Source of the DNA: Lama guanicoe
Taxonomy: Eukaryota
Length of the DNA stretch: 64,000 nucleotides
NCBI GenBank assembly: GCA_013239625.1
Contig: MU053792.1
Coordinates: forward strand, 408,941 to 472,940
Direction of reading: 5' to 3'
The notes under the pieces were generated by a model that had not been told where the DNA came from, ran no database searches, and saw only the letters and a list, made by a program, of their open reading frames with translations. Shown here piece after piece: positions 63,804-64,000 of this stretch (position 1 is the first letter of the stretch; every line of letters begins with the position of its first letter). The position numbers and the translations under genes are program-made.

Positions 63804-64000
63804 TGTATCAGTCAGAGTTCTACCAAACAGAACTAGTAGGATATGTATGATTGTCATGATAAATAAGAGAGAGAGGTATTTGGCAGGCTGGAATAGAAGC
63901 AGAATTTCTTTTAACTCAGGAAAAACTTTTTGCTCTTAAAAGCCTTTCAACTGATTGTATAACCTCTCATTTACTCAATATCAACTGATCGTGGATATTA
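63804..64000 (-). mobile_element. ERVL LTR (MLT2-like), runs off the window end
   Basis: tgtatcagtcagagttct...aaacagaactagtagga; ttttgctcttaaaagcctttcaactgattg...tttactcaatatcaactga. Confidence 0.75.

Overview
This is AT-rich mammalian genomic DNA, most likely camelid (alpaca/llama/camel), judged from two tRNA-Ala-headed Vic-1-like SINEs at 15272 and 57269. Roughly half of the window is transposable-element debris: two near-full-length decayed LINE-1s (24877-30393, with a 14-bp TSD and a ~1-kb internal ORF2 deletion; 54128-60939), a large older L1 (10.4-16.0 kb) with nested insertions, several 5'-inverted or truncated L1s, MaLR/ERVL/ERV1 solo LTRs, L2, MIR and a Tigger MITE. I cannot support any intact protein-coding gene, true tRNA, rRNA or CRISPR. 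Nearly all ORF-track entries are L1 remnants or chance ORFs, and many start at TTG/GTG. The best non-TE leads are: a probable 5'-truncated processed retrocopy with TSD (50012-50899, minus); a GC-elevated ~165-codon minus frame with one stop (62743-63237) next to a Kozak-ATG/splice-donor/CRE/AP-1 module; a well-formed short intron-like unit (31061-31192); recursive-splice-like AG|GTAAG motifs; and candidate enhancers. I found no convincing novel biological system; the window reads as intronic or intergenic. Repeat subfamily names come from recalled consensus similarity and need RepeatMasker/Dfam confirmation. Boundaries without TSDs are approximate.
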